The notes: generated by a model from the letters alone, not told the origin. DNA of 64,000 bases from Candidatus Zhuqueibacterota bacterium (GCA_034505495.1 JAPDQV010000009.1:39496-103495), one strand, 5' to 3'; shown: positions 9,111 to 18,344, counted from the stretch's first letter. Program-made: numbers and translations.

Positions 9111-10196
9111 TTATCCGTTTGTAATCGATTCGTCTTTGAGAATCATTTTGACGATCCTGCCGGACTGAACCACATAGGTGATGCCCGGATAGATCCACGC
9201 ATCTCCGTTCTTTTGCAGCGGCTGGCCGTATTTCTGCACAAGTTCGCCGGATGCGCTTCCGATGCCGATCATTTCGGGCGTAAGGCCGTCATACGGCGCA
9301 TAGACTTCGATATAGTTCACTTTGCCGCTGCCGTAGAGAATCATCGAATTGGTGGTCACGCTAAAGTGAACGCCTAGATCGTCATAGGTAAAATGGTGGA
9401 TGAACACCGTTTTCTCCGGCCTTTCATACCAATTGCGGTCGGGTTTTCCCAGTTTGTTCTGCACCATCGTATAGGTGTCTCCCAAATCGACGTTGGCCGC
9501 GCCGACACCCGGATAGACCTCGACCTCTCGCTCATAAGTTAAAAAAACTTTGAGCAGGTGTTCGCCGCCGTTTGAAACGAATTTGACCTCGTCTTGATAC
9601 TGCCCGTATTTCAACATGCGCAGGCGGGCTCGAAACGGAACCTTTTCCGGCCGATCAAAGACACTTCCCGACGTAACCTCGAACTTGAGCCACTCCGGCG
9701 CGCGATCGATTCTCCACACCAACTCGCCGCCGCCCGCATTGCGGATTTCCAGCTGGGTGTAAGTGAAACGGCGATCCATGTTGACGATCGGCACATCGAT
9801 GCCCAACACGGGCGCTCTGTAGACCAGCCTCAATTGAATCTCGGCATTGCCGCCGTTGGAATCGATGCGAAGGACGCCGGTATGGGTGCCGTATTCCAAG
9901 ACTGCAAAGTTGGTCTGCAGCTTGAGCACAAAAGTGTCCTGCGTAACCCAGCCGACCATATTGCTGACATTCAGCCAACTCGGCTTTTCGGCTATCGACC
10001 ACTTGAGCTGGCCGCCGCCGGCATTGACAATTAGAATTTGGTCGTAACGTGAGCTGCCGCTGAGATTCATTTCCGTTTTGTCCACGGAAAGTTGCGGCGG
10101 CCGGTTGTCGATGGTGCTGCTCGGCGATTTATTGCAGGAAGCGAGCTGAAGCACGATCATAAAAACAAGGGTAAAGATCAACAAACTTCTCTTCAT
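9111..10196 (-). CDS. Lipoprotein with two BACON-like (Ig-like) domains and an uncharacterised C-terminal domain
   Basis: Start at ATG 10196 (MKRSLLIFTLVFMIVLQLASC lipobox). Two repeats of the BACON pattern: ILIVNAGGGQLKWSIAEKPSWLNVS and LEIRNAGGGELVWRIDRAPEWLKFEVTSGS. Confidence 0.5.
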   Translation of the reverse strand: MKRSLLIFTLVFMIVLQLASCNKSPSSTIDNRPPQLSVDKTEMNLSGSSRYDQILIVNAGGGQLKWSIAEKPSWLNVSNMVGWVTQDTFVLKLQTNFAVLEYGTHTGVLRIDSNGGNAEIQLRLVYRAPVLGIDVPIVNMDRRFTYTQLEIRNAGGGELVWRIDRAPEWLKFEVTSGSVFDRPEKVPFRARLRMLKYGQYQDEVKFVSNGGEHLLKVFLTYEREVEVYPGVGAANVDLGDTYTMVQNKLGKPDRNWYERPEKTVFIHHFTYDDLGVHFSVTTNSMILYGSGKVNYIEVYAPYDGLTPEMIGIGSASGELVQKYGQPLQKNGDAWIYPGITYVVQSGRIVKMILKDESITNG

Positions 10197-10274
10197 ACAT
10201 TCCTCAAAATGATTTACTCTCCCTATGCGTTTAAAAATATAAAACTCTAAACTGTTCGCCAAGAAAAGGTTCAG

Positions 10275-12206
10275 TTAAGGCAGAGAGCGTAACAGTTCTT
10301 CCAATTCGTTTTGGGTTGCGCCCCATTGCGCATACAATTCATCGATTTTTACTTTAATAAGATTCAATTCACGAGCCAAAGATGCAACCCGAGCGCCGTC
10401 TTTATAGGTCTGCGGATCGGCCAAAAGTCGCTCCACCTCTTCTCGACGTGCTTCTTGCTGCATGATTTCAGTTTCAAATTGGTTGATCAACGTCGTTAGT
10501 TCATTACGCCGCTTTGATACAGCCTGCCGGGCTTCAGCTTCCCGACGCTTTTCTTCCTTGGATTTATATCCGGGGGATGATGTTTTTTCATTACGCTCGG
10601 GGGGTGGCGATTCGGGAAGCGGCCGGCGGAGCCGCAAATAGTCGCTATAGTTGCCTTCGTATTGATGCAGCTCGCCATCGCGAAGCTCGAACACACGATT
10701 GACGATTTTGTCGAGGAAATAGCGGTCGTGAGAGATGAGCAACAGCGTACCGTCGTAAGAGGACAAGGCTTCTTCCAAAGCCTCGCGGGAAGCCATATCC
10801 AGGTGATTGGTCGGCTCGTCCATAATAAGAAAATTGGCCGGCGAGAGAAGGAAGCGACAAAGCGAGACGCGCGCCTTTTCCCCTCCGGAAAGAACGGCGA
10901 TCGGTTTAAAAACGTCGTCGCCGTGAAATCCGAACAAGCCGAGCAGGTTGCGAACGTGTTGAATCTGTTCTTCGGCGCAAAAGCCGAGCACCTGATCGAT
11001 GACCGTCAATGAAAGATCGAGAGCCTCGGTCTGATGCTGGGCATAGTAACCGACGGTCACTCTCCTGCCGAGCTGTACGTAACCCTGCTGCGGCGATAAA
11101 AATCCGGCCATCAGCTTGGCCAGCGTCGTCTTGCCGACGCCGTTTTCCCCCACCAGCGCCGCCTTTTGTCCGCGATAGAGGTCGAGTGAGATATTTCTCA
11201 ACACCCAATCGCGATCGTAGCGAAACCAAACATTCCGCAAATGAATAATGTCGTGATAACTTTCCTCGGCGGCCTGCAGTCTGATCCGATAGCTCTTGGG
11301 AGCTGTTTCCAGCTCGACATCCTGTAGTTTTTCCAACGCCTTGATGCGGCTTTGAACTTGACGCGCCTTGGTTGCTTTATAGCGGAAACGGTCGATAAAC
11401 TCCTGCTGCTTTTTTCGCTCTTTTACGACCAAGAGCGATTGCTTAAGGGCGGTCTCCCGTTCGAAGGCCTTTTGCCGTTCATAAGCATGATAGTTGCCCG
11501 TGTAGCCCTTTAGTCGTCCGTTATAAAGCTCGTAGATTTTTTGTGCGATGCGGTCGATAAAAAAGCGATCGTGCGAGATGACGACCACGCTGCCGCGAAA
11601 ATCTGAGAGATACTCTTCCAGCCACTCCAAAGAAGCGATATCCAAATGATTCGTCGGCTCGTCGAGAAGCAGGAGATCGGGATTCATCAGCAGCAGCCTG
11701 GCCAAATAGACGCGCATTCGCTTGCCGCCGCTGAACTCGTGTAAAGAACGATTGAAATCGTCCGGTTTGAAGCCGAGGCCGCTGAGTACGGCCTTGGCCT
11801 GCGTTTCGATCTTGTAGCCGTCGAGTGCCTGGAATCGGTGCTCGATCTCTCCCAACTGCGCAATCAGCTCCTCACTGGGATTCGCCTGTAATTGTCGGCG
11901 AAGCTCCTCCATCCTTTCGGCAAGCTTTAGCGCTTCCTCTTTGCCTGCTATGACGCAGTCGAGAATGGGTTGGTCGCGTTGATCGATCTCTTCTTGCGGC
12001 AAATAGCCGATACGATAGTCTTTCGGTTTGAGGATGTTCCCCCGATCGGGTCGGATTTCACCCGTCAGAATCCGGCAGAGCGTGGTTTTACCTGCGCCGT
12101 TCGGCCCGACAAGCGCGGCTCGACTTCCTTGGGGAATAGCCCAATCAATGCCGCGCAAAAGTTGTCGCACGCCGATTTCGTAGTAAATACCCTGGAGGCT
12201 GACCAT
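10275..12206 (-). CDS. ABC-F family ATPase (Uup/YheS/EttA-like), two ABC domains and a C-terminal coiled coil
   Basis: Two Walker A motifs (GPNGAGKTT, GENGVGKTT) and two signature motifs (FSGGKRMRV, LSGGEKARV). No transmembrane domain. Lys/Glu-rich coiled-coil tail. Confidence 0.9.
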   Translation of the reverse strand: MVSLQGIYYEIGVRQLLRGIDWAIPQGSRAALVGPNGAGKTTLCRILTGEIRPDRGNILKPKDYRIGYLPQEEIDQRDQPILDCVIAGKEEALKLAERMEELRRQLQANPSEELIAQLGEIEHRFQALDGYKIETQAKAVLSGLGFKPDDFNRSLHEFSGGKRMRVYLARLLLMNPDLLLLDEPTNHLDIASLEWLEEYLSDFRGSVVVISHDRFFIDRIAQKIYELYNGRLKGYTGNYHAYERQKAFERETALKQSLLVVKERKKQQEFIDRFRYKATKARQVQSRIKALEKLQDVELETAPKSYRIRLQAAEESYHDIIHLRNVWFRYDRDWVLRNISLDLYRGQKAALVGENGVGKTTLAKLMAGFLSPQQGYVQLGRRVTVGYYAQHQTEALDLSLTVIDQVLGFCAEEQIQHVRNLLGLFGFHGDDVFKPIAVLSGGEKARVSLCRFLLSPANFLIMDEPTNHLDMASREALEEALSSYDGTLLLISHDRYFLDKIVNRVFELRDGELHQYEGNYSDYLRLRRPLPESPPPERNEKTSSPGYKSKEEKRREAEARQAVSKRRNELTTLINQFETEIMQQEARREEVERLLADPQTYKDGARVASLARELNLIKVKIDELYAQWGATQNELEELLRSLP

Positions 12207-12278
12207 ATATCAGAGTTGTAAGTCTCTCGGGCGAACTTTTAAATGAGTGGAAGGTCTCATCAAGACAAAAAGCTTACG

Positions 12279-13040
12279 CTATTCTTTTTCAAGCTCGGCA
12301 ATGACGTGATAGATCTCCTTGTTGCCGAATTTCGTCTGATCAAGATAGATGGTTTTGGTGCGATATCCCGGCGAGGAAACCTGCAGCACATGGCCGGATG
12401 CTCGGCTCACCGGCGTCCGCAACGGAGACTGACCGACCACTTTGTCGTCTATGATGATTTGAGCGTGCTCCGGTACAGTATTGATCTGCAGCAGGACCTG
12501 GCCGGAACCTTCATCCGGCGGAAAATCGCTTTCGGTTGCGCCGGTTGGGACGTATTCCATCTCCAGCGACTCCATGCGGGCGGTGAAATACATGGTGCGA
12601 TTGACCGGCTCGCCGTTCGGCTTTTTGACGATCTCGGCAGTCACTACGGTCCGTTTGTCATGCTGCACCCGAATGAGGTCTTCGCTCAAAATCGGATATT
12701 CTTCCTCCCCCCAGCCGATGTTGGCAATATAGACCGCGCGCAGCTTGTAATATCCGGGTCGGAGGCGGAACTTGTAGACAAAGGTATTTTGAATGTTGGA
12801 AACCAGCCAATCGGGATCGATCGGTCGATCGTTCAAATAGAGCTCGACGCGGTTTTTATAGCTGCTTCTGGGATCCGCTACGTTTTTAATTTCGACTACA
12901 AGGTTTTCAGCGATCTGGGAAGGCAATTCCAATTGCTTGACCGGGCGAATGGCGTTGTAAGCCTCATCAACCGTTACTCGGCCTTTACAGCTCAACAAAA
13001 TCACGAAAAAAAGAAAAGTGAACAAGAGAACTTTTTTCAT
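12279..13040 (-). CDS. Lipoprotein with a C-terminal PEGA domain
   Basis: Signal plus lipobox FFVILLSC. TAGGAGA Shine-Dalgarno. C-terminus LLQINTVPEHAQIIIDDKVVGQSPLRTPVSRASGHVLQVSSPGYRT matches the PEGA pattern. Confidence 0.5.
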   Translation of the reverse strand: MKKVLLFTFLFFVILLSCKGRVTVDEAYNAIRPVKQLELPSQIAENLVVEIKNVADPRSSYKNRVELYLNDRPIDPDWLVSNIQNTFVYKFRLRPGYYKLRAVYIANIGWGEEEYPILSEDLIRVQHDKRTVVTAEIVKKPNGEPVNRTMYFTARMESLEMEYVPTGATESDFPPDEGSGQVLLQINTVPEHAQIIIDDKVVGQSPLRTPVSRASGHVLQVSSPGYRTKTIYLDQTKFGNKEIYHVIAELEKE

Positions 13041-13052
13041 CGCTCGCTTCTC

Positions 13053-13742
13053 CTATTTTGGGTCGTTCTTAAGACGCCTTTCAGCCCCCGATCGTTTACG
13101 GCTTGGATGGCTGAGGCCTGCGGCTATGCGATGGGCAACGGCGCGGTATTCGCCCCAATGACGCCAACGCTCGATGGTAAAGCTCTCCAATTGTTCGATT
13201 ACTTTTGCCAAATAGGGTCTCGGCACCCATTCATAACCGCTGATATTCTCGCTCGAATCAAGCGGCCGCGGCTGAGTGCCTTCCGTAACAACCTCGAACA
13301 GATAGGAGCATAGTCCCATTTTTCGTCGTGCGCAAACTATCGAGGAAAGTACAAGGCCGCGAAAGTGGATAAAGAGAGGCGAGAAAGAAGTCTCTTCGGC
13401 GAGTTCACGATGCAGAGCCTGCAGGACGGTTTCGTTCGGTTTGATTCCTCCGGTCGGTAAACGAAAGGTGTTCGGCGGATAGAACGGCTTGGTATGGAGC
13501 AGTATGCGGTTCTGGCTGCTACGGATGATTAGGACAACCTCGCCCCTTCTGTCCCTTTTTTCATAATAAATTTGCTGTAAGCCGTAAAAATATTGCCTGC
13601 CCACCTGCAGCTTGGCGCGATAAAAATCGGTTGGCCCGTATTTTTCGCACAACTCGATCACTTCATTGGCATGCAGCCATGGGGCATGAAGCTCTGAGTG
13701 CAGCACGTCCTTCCAGTCGGCCGGCCTAATCCGCGTCGTCAT
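13053..13742 (-). CDS. NUDIX hydrolase
   Basis: NUDIX box GGIKPNETVLQALHRELAEETSF (G-x5-E-x7-R-E-x2-E-E). The start overlaps the 3' end of the topoisomerase gene by 17 nt. Confidence 0.75.
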   Translation of the reverse strand: MTTRIRPADWKDVLHSELHAPWLHANEVIELCEKYGPTDFYRAKLQVGRQYFYGLQQIYYEKRDRRGEVVLIIRSSQNRILLHTKPFYPPNTFRLPTGGIKPNETVLQALHRELAEETSFSPLFIHFRGLVLSSIVCARRKMGLCSYLFEVVTEGTQPRPLDSSENISGYEWVPRPYLAKVIEQLESFTIERWRHWGEYRAVAHRIAAGLSHPSRKRSGAERRLKNDPK

Positions 13743-15513
13743 CCTCTTCCTTTTCGGCGTCCTCGTTGTATTCTTGCTCTTTTACCCATTGAAACTTGGT
13801 GCGCAGAGTGCGGGAGTAATACTTTTCCAGCACGTCATAGTTAACCTGCAGACCCCAATTGTAGTAGACCCTCGGATCAATATAAGACTTTTGGCTGGTC
13901 GTCAAATTCCATTCGCGGTTCTCCATGGCGATGGTCATTTGCGCCCGCAGCTTTCCCAAGGCAAAGTTCGCTTTTTCTTCGCGATCTTGAAGCGTTTCGA
14001 TCTTTTTCTGCAGGGTCTCGATCTTTTTTCGATAGCGCTCGACAAGTTTTTCTTTGTTCTTGCCGGCTTCTTTTTTCTTTTGCGACGCCTCTTTTTTCAG
14101 CTGTTTCAACGCCTCGTTTGCGGCTTTTAGCTGTTCCTGGATCTGCTTCAATCGTGCGGAAAGGGCTTTTTCCCGTTCTTTAAAGCGCTTGCGGCGTTCA
14201 GCCCAGTTCTTCGGCGCCTGGCGGGTGTGATTGCAGAGGATCGCCGCTTCGGTGTTGGCCTTTGTTGCCGCAGCCCATTTTACATATTCCGGATCATCGG
14301 CATCGACATCGGAAGCGGCCAGTGAACGACTGACGACCTGAGTGGCGTGATGTGTACGGAACACCTTGGCGGTCAATCCCGGCATGGCCTTTGACAGAAA
14401 GGCGTTGACATTGCGGCTGCTGACATCCGGGAAAATCTGCGGCTTGTTGTAGGCAGGATGCTTTTTATTGTTTTTTGCCGAAGCCGAAGGCCTCGCCTGG
14501 GCTACCAATTCCTTTAGATTTTCGACGACCTGCGGCGGTAATGGAATGCGCTTATGCCAAAGAACCGAGTCTTTGCCTAAAAATTTAAACTCTACGGTGC
14601 CGTCATCATGAAACTTTAGGTGTTCAGGACGCAGTGTGGTGGCGCCGACCGTATCCGCTTCATCCGGGTCCTTTTCGTCGCCGACGCGCAGGCAAAGATG
14701 ATCGATCAACGCGCAGGCGGTGGCAATTTTGCGAATTTTCGGGTCAGGATCCGTAAGTCCTTTGGCTATATGCTCCCGCACCGCCTCGATTTTTCCCGCC
14801 AGCTCGATGGCCTTGTCGAATTTTTGCGCCTCGCGTCTTTGCTTGATCGGCGTGTTGTCGTGCAGCCAAATGTATTTGAGCTTTCCTGAAAGCTTGTCTT
14901 CCCAGCGCGCTACCCACAGGCTATCGGGCTGCCAAACGATTTCTTTCCATTCCGACGGATCGATTTCGGCGTCCGGACTCAAGTTGAGGGTAACGTCTTT
15001 TTTCTGTGCGCCCTCTTTCCAGCGGCCGCGCAAGGGATGTTTGCCTCGTCCCATAAAAATGCCGGACGGCTCAGTCATGTAGGTCGCCAGTTCAATCCGT
15101 TCGCCGTCGGCAATGGCATAGCCGTATTGTTCTTTGAGCTGTTCGCGCAAAGCCTTTCGCTGCGCCGCCAAAGCTTTGCGCTCCTCTTTGCTCATAGCTT
15201 CGCGTTTGGCTTTTTCGGCGGCAACAAACTCGATGACCTCGCTGAAATCGATCTGATCGATCTGCAGCGGCTTTTCGAATCCCAAGGCGCGGCTGAAATC
15301 GGCCATAAAGTTTTTGACGAAAACCAAATCCTGCACATACGGCGTGCCGAGCTTTTTCACCCACGCTAATGCCATTTCTTCCTGCTTGGGTGTCAATTTG
15401 TGCGGTTTGCCGTCGATTTTAATCGTCAGACCCTGATAAGGAGGCGGTTCCGGTACAAGAACGCCCCTATGAATAAGCTGCTTGAGCATAGGCTCCCTAT
15501 TTTTGCATAACAT
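13726..15513 (-). CDS. Eukaryotic-type DNA topoisomerase IB (core subdomains, coiled-coil linker and C-terminal catalytic domain)
   Basis: Collinear similarity to human TOP1 (core, linker and C-terminal domains) as recalled from memory, not a database search: EPSGIFMGRGKHPLRG vs EPPGLFRGRGNHPKMG, FLGKDS, GLTAKVFRTHHAT vs GLTAKVFRTYNAS, AILCNHTRQAP vs AILCNHQRAPP, SQKSYIDPR vs SKLNYLDPR. All five catalytic residues are present in context (R in LRPEH, K in FLGKDS, R in KVFRT, H in CNHTR, Y in KSYIDPR). A Lys/Glu-rich coiled-coil linker is present (KEREKALSARLKQIQEQLKAANEALKQLKKE). An alternative ATG at 15489 has an AGGGAG Shine-Dalgarno. Confidence 0.85.
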   Translation of the reverse strand: MLCKNREPMLKQLIHRGVLVPEPPPYQGLTIKIDGKPHKLTPKQEEMALAWVKKLGTPYVQDLVFVKNFMADFSRALGFEKPLQIDQIDFSEVIEFVAAEKAKREAMSKEERKALAAQRKALREQLKEQYGYAIADGERIELATYMTEPSGIFMGRGKHPLRGRWKEGAQKKDVTLNLSPDAEIDPSEWKEIVWQPDSLWVARWEDKLSGKLKYIWLHDNTPIKQRREAQKFDKAIELAGKIEAVREHIAKGLTDPDPKIRKIATACALIDHLCLRVGDEKDPDEADTVGATTLRPEHLKFHDDGTVEFKFLGKDSVLWHKRIPLPPQVVENLKELVAQARPSASAKNNKKHPAYNKPQIFPDVSSRNVNAFLSKAMPGLTAKVFRTHHATQVVSRSLAASDVDADDPEYVKWAAATKANTEAAILCNHTRQAPKNWAERRKRFKEREKALSARLKQIQEQLKAANEALKQLKKEASQKKKEAGKNKEKLVERYRKKIETLQKKIETLQDREEKANFALGKLRAQMTIAMENREWNLTTSQKSYIDPRVYYNWGLQVNYDVLEKYYSRTLRTKFQWVKEQEYNEDAEKEEDDDAD

Positions 15514-15544
15514 GAAGATTTTAAATTAACAAACTTTATATAAT

Positions 15545-15568
15545 TTTTGCAAGCCAATAATTGCAAAA
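15545..15568. promoter_or_regulatory. Perfect inverted repeat TTTTGCAA-N8-TTGCAAAA in the divergent promoter region between the topoisomerase IB and porX-like genes; candidate operator
   Basis: Read directly from the sequence. A third copy of the half-site, TTTTGCA, lies at 15501-15507. Surrounding DNA is AT-rich. Confidence 0.35.
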
Positions 15569-15637
15569 GAGTTGTCTATTAAAAGAATTGACTCACGCCG
15601 GAAAAATTCTTACCTTAAAATCTATAATAGAGACTCT

Positions 15638-17200
15638 ATGAGCAACGAAAAGAAAATACTTTGGGTTGACGACGAGATCGAGCTGCTGCGGCCGCACGTT
15701 CTCTATTTGGAAAGTAAAGGCTACTCGGTCACCACATTGACGAACGCCGAGGACGCAGTCGAGCGCGTGAAGGTTGAAGATTTCGATATTGTGCTCCTCG
15801 ACGAGATGCTGAACGGCATGGACGGCCTCTCCGCCTTGTCCGAAATCAAAGAAATACGCCCCGGCCTGCCGATCATTATGGTGACCAAGAGCGAAGAAGA
15901 GTCGCTGATGGAAGAAGCCATCGGCTCTAAAATTGACGATTATTTGACCAAGCCCGTCAATCCGAGCCAAATTTTGCTCGTCTGCAAAAAGCTTTTGGAA
16001 AAACGCAAGATCGCCGGCCATATCCTAAGTCGCGATTACGCGGAAGAATTCAACAAGCTTTCCCTCAGGCTTATGGAGCCGCTCGACTGGAAGGACTGGA
16101 TTGAAATCCACGTCGAGTTGTCCGAGTGGGAATTGGAGCTGGATGCTCATCCCGAGTTGGGACTTAAGCAGCTGCTTTCAGATCAGCGCCGCGCCTGCAA
16201 TACTGCATTCGGCAAATTCATCGAAAATCACTATAAAAACTGGCTCTACGCTTCCAGCCGGCCGCCGCTTTCGGTCGACATCATCGGGAACTATGTCCTG
16301 CCCCACCTGAAGAACGGCAAGAGGACCATCTTTTTGGTCATCGATGCCCTTCGCCTCGATCAATGGCTCGTTTTAGAGCCGTTGCTGCGGAATTGGTTCA
16401 GGATTACGCGCGATTACTATTACTCGATTTTGCCGACTGCTACCCCCTATTCGCGAAACGCAATTTTCAGCGGTCTTTTTCCGGCAGACATTGAACGCAT
16501 GTATCCGCAGATTTGGGAAGAGGCAGCCGAAGAGGAAGATGATCAAAGCCTCAATCGATATGAGCATATGCTGCTCGAAGAATTGTTAAAGCGGCTCTCC
16601 CCTGCCCATCAGTGGGGGATCAAATACGCTAAAATTTTGGATGTCAAGGAAGCGACGGACGTGGCGCGGCGTATCAATGAGTACGCTTCGGCGCCGCTCG
16701 GTGCGATTGTATTGAATTTTGTCGATATTTTGGCTCACTCGCGCAGTTCGATCGATCTTTTGAAAGAAATGATTCCCGATGAAGCCGCCTTTCGGTCCAT
16801 GACTCGCGCCTGGTTCGAGCATTCGGCCATTTTTCAGGCGCTGCAGCATTTGGCGGAGCACGAAAACACTGTGGTCATCACCTCGGATCACGGCAGCATC
16901 CGCGGCCTGCGCGGCGCCAAAGTGATCGGCGACCGCCGAACGTCGACCAGTCTGCGCTACAAGTACGGCAAAAACATCAAGGCCGATCCGAAGCAGGCAT
17001 TGATTATCCCGAATCCGGCAGAGTACCGCCTGCCATCGCGCGGCATCAATTCTAATTACATTATTGCCAAAGAGGATTTCTATTTTGTCTATCCGACGAA
17101 TTACCATTACTATCTCAACTATTACGCCGACAGCTTTCAGCACGGCGGCATCTCTCTAGAAGAAATGATTCTTCCGGTGGTCACTTTGGAGCCGAAATGA
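15638..17200 (+). CDS. porX: PorX-like orphan response regulator: CheY receiver plus PglZ/alkaline-phosphatase-like domain (T9SS regulator family)
   Basis: Receiver domain KILWVDDEIELLRPH..DIVLLDEMLNGMDGL..IIMVTK..KIDDYLTKPV. It is followed by a ~390-aa PglZ-like domain. At 520 aa from ATG 15638 it matches PorX length. The track ORF extends further upstream to TTG 15572. Confidence 0.7.
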   Translation: MSNEKKILWVDDEIELLRPHVLYLESKGYSVTTLTNAEDAVERVKVEDFDIVLLDEMLNGMDGLSALSEIKEIRPGLPIIMVTKSEEESLMEEAIGSKIDDYLTKPVNPSQILLVCKKLLEKRKIAGHILSRDYAEEFNKLSLRLMEPLDWKDWIEIHVELSEWELELDAHPELGLKQLLSDQRRACNTAFGKFIENHYKNWLYASSRPPLSVDIIGNYVLPHLKNGKRTIFLVIDALRLDQWLVLEPLLRNWFRITRDYYYSILPTATPYSRNAIFSGLFPADIERMYPQIWEEAAEEEDDQSLNRYEHMLLEELLKRLSPAHQWGIKYAKILDVKEATDVARRINEYASAPLGAIVLNFVDILAHSRSSIDLLKEMIPDEAAFRSMTRAWFEHSAIFQALQHLAEHENTVVITSDHGSIRGLRGAKVIGDRRTSTSLRYKYGKNIKADPKQALIIPNPAEYRLPSRGINSNYIIAKEDFYFVYPTNYHYYLNYYADSFQHGGISLEEMILPVVTLEPK

Positions 17201-17661
17201 ATCATGATGTGTTTATAAAGACTGGGACTCTGCTTTTCGAACATTTAACACGCTCAGAGGAAGAAACGCGTCAAATCGCTACTGATTTCGCCGGACGGCT
17301 GCAGCGCGGCGATGTGGTCTGCGTTTCGGGCGAATTGGGTGCCGGCAAGACGACGTTTATTCAAGGAATTTGCCGTGCTTTGGGCGTAAAGGACGCCGTG
17401 ACCAGCCCGACTTTCACGCTTATCAACGAATACTGTGGGCGGTTACCGATCTATCATTTCGATTTCTATCGCATTGATTCCGAAAAAGAAGCCTTGGATT
17501 TGGGCATCGAGGATTATTTTTACAGGGACGGCGTATGCCTTCTGGAGTGGCCGGAGCGCATTCTCGGCCTCCTACCCGAAAAGTTTTACATGGTACAGCT
17601 GGAATGGAACCCCGAGCTGGAGGCAAGAAGCCGTCTAATAAAAATATTTTGGCAGGAATGA
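17197..17661 (+). CDS. tsaE: tRNA threonylcarbamoyladenosine (t6A) biosynthesis ATPase TsaE
   Basis: P-loop GELGAGKTTFIQG and the conserved SPTFTL..Y.......HFDFYR motifs. Its start overlaps the porX-like stop (ATGA). Confidence 0.85.
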   Translation: MNHDVFIKTGTLLFEHLTRSEEETRQIATDFAGRLQRGDVVCVSGELGAGKTTFIQGICRALGVKDAVTSPTFTLINEYCGRLPIYHFDFYRIDSEKEALDLGIEDYFYRDGVCLLEWPERILGLLPEKFYMVQLEWNPELEARSRLIKIFWQE

Positions 17662-18344
17662 ACCTATTAGCCATCGAAACTTCAGCGCAAATCTGCGCGG
17701 CGGCGCTTTTTCTTGAAGGACATTTGGCTGCCGAGTGCCGAACCAATCTCAAAAACGCTCATGCATCCGTTCTCTTTCATCAGATCGAAACGGTACTGCA
17801 TATGGCTAAAACGACTGCTTCTGAGCTTTCCGCCGTGGCTGTAAGCATCGGGCCGGGCTCTTTTACCGGGCTTAGAATCGGCCTGGCGGCTGCAAAGGGG
17901 CTGGCGTTAGCCCGCGAAATTCCGTTGATCGGGGTTCCTTCGCTTGAGGCGATGGTCTGGCGGCTTCCTCCGGTTGATCAAACGATTTATGTCCTCCGAA
18001 AATCTCGCGCAGACGAATACTATCTTGCCGACTACCGATTTATAGGAGGAAAGCCGCAATCGATAGGAAAAATTCAACTGCTTCGCGGAGCGGATCTTGC
18101 TGCAGAGTTTACCGGCCCGTGCCTCATCATCCTCGATGCAGATGGCGAGGCTGTAAAACTGCCGGAAAACTGTCGAGTAATTCCAAATTTTTTGCCTTCG
18201 GCTGAAGCGGTCGGTTTGGCGGCGCTTCCCCGTTTTGCCGCAGGCGACTTTATGGACCTCGATGCAAGTGAACCGTTCTATCTGCAGGACTTTATTGCCG
18301 GCAAACCCAGGCCGCTGGAAGCGACTGCGAATGCTCACACTTAA
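17658..18344 (+). CDS. tsaB: tRNA t6A biosynthesis protein TsaB (YeaZ)
   Basis: Internal ATG at 17658 gives MNLLAIETSAQICAAAL, a typical TsaB N-terminus. ATGA overlap with the tsaE stop. Confidence 0.8.
   Translation: MNLLAIETSAQICAAALFLEGHLAAECRTNLKNAHASVLFHQIETVLHMAKTTASELSAVAVSIGPGSFTGLRIGLAAAKGLALAREIPLIGVPSLEAMVWRLPPVDQTIYVLRKSRADEYYLADYRFIGGKPQSIGKIQLLRGADLAAEFTGPCLIILDADGEAVKLPENCRVIPNFLPSAEAVGLAALPRFAAGDFMDLDASEPFYLQDFIAGKPRPLEATANAHT

Noticed and set aside
12243-13313. 356-aa plus-strand ORF spanning the PEGA and NUDIX genes
   Set aside because: The opposite-strand genes carry a lipoprotein signal plus PEGA motif and a canonical NUDIX box with good ribosome-binding sites. This frame has no motifs and looks like a GC-driven shadow ORF.
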